DNA of 64,000 nucleotides from Dehalococcoidia bacterium (lineage in GTDB: Bacteria; Chloroflexota; Dehalococcoidia; UBA2979): positions 512,001 through 576,000 of the forward strand of contig OZ253555.1 in assembly GCA_965262725.1 (NCBI GenBank), read 5' to 3'. A program made the translations under genes and the position numbers. Below the pieces are notes generated by a model that saw nothing but the letters and a program-made list of their open reading frames with translations, had not been told where the DNA came from and did no database searches. Shown here one piece after another: positions 63,636 to 64,000 of this stretch. Numbering within the stretch: position 1 is the first letter of the stretch; the number at the start of each line of letters is the position of its first letter.

Positions 63636-64000
63636 ACGCTCGCCCCTCCCGTGCCGCCCCCGGAGGCGGCGGCGCCGCGCGGGAGGCGCGCGAGGTGCGC
63701 GGCGGGGCGGCCTCCGTCCCGCGCTTCCCGGGCTTCACGACCGGGGGTGCGACCGTCGCGCTGCCGCGCGAGCTCTTCGTCGACCTGCTGCCTGCCATTG
63801 AGGATGAGGGCGAGCTCCGCGCGACCCTCTACGCGCTGGCGGCGGCCTTGCGGCCGGGGCCCGTGCGCGGCGTGAGGCGATCGCAGCTGCTCCGGGAGCG
63901 CCCGCTCCTGCGCCAGTTCGAGCGCCTGGCGCCGGGTGAGGCTCAGGCCGGGGCCGCGGCCGCGCTCTCGCGCGCCGCAGAGCGCGGCTCGCTGCTCGCC
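63632..64000 (+). CDS. DnaD-domain replication protein, N-terminal part (cut by window end)
   Basis: GTGA overlap with dnaB; FPGF...LPRELFVDLLPAIEDEGELRATLY resembles the N-terminus of Chloroflexota DnaD-like proteins. Confidence 0.7.
   Translation, partial: MNARPSRAAPGGGGAAREAREVRGGAASVPRFPGFTTGGATVALPRELFVDLLPAIEDEGELRATLYALAAALRPGPVRGVRRSQLLRERPLLRQFERLAPGEAQAGAAAALSRAAERGSLLA

Overview
High-GC bacterial chromosome segment. Gene content (DnaD-like gene after dnaB, split cytochrome b6/subunit IV, AGAAC-N4-GTTCT box, luciferase-like monooxygenase) suggests Chloroflexota/Dehalococcoidia; this taxonomy is inferred. Housekeeping blocks: hrcA-grpE-dnaK-dnaJ-prmA, purF-purM-purH, a Rieske/cytochrome b6-type operon, rpsU-yqeY-pgpH-purQ-purL and rplI-dnaB-dnaD. 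Accessory content: a VapBC pair, two giant exported cadherin-repeat proteins that share a C-terminal tail module, an IS21 element inside a threonine synthase gene, and a lower-GC phosphotriesterase/LLM island. The most striking feature is a three-level nest. An IS630 element is interrupted by a full-length group II intron, whose reverse transcriptase gene is interrupted by two head-to-tail copies of an 862-nt ORF-less group II intron. A third copy of the ORF-less intron sits antisense in the phosphotriesterase gene. Candidate EBS1/EBS2/EBS3 sequences of the ORF-less and full-length introns differ and co-vary with their respective target sites. No rRNA, tRNA or CRISPR array was seen.
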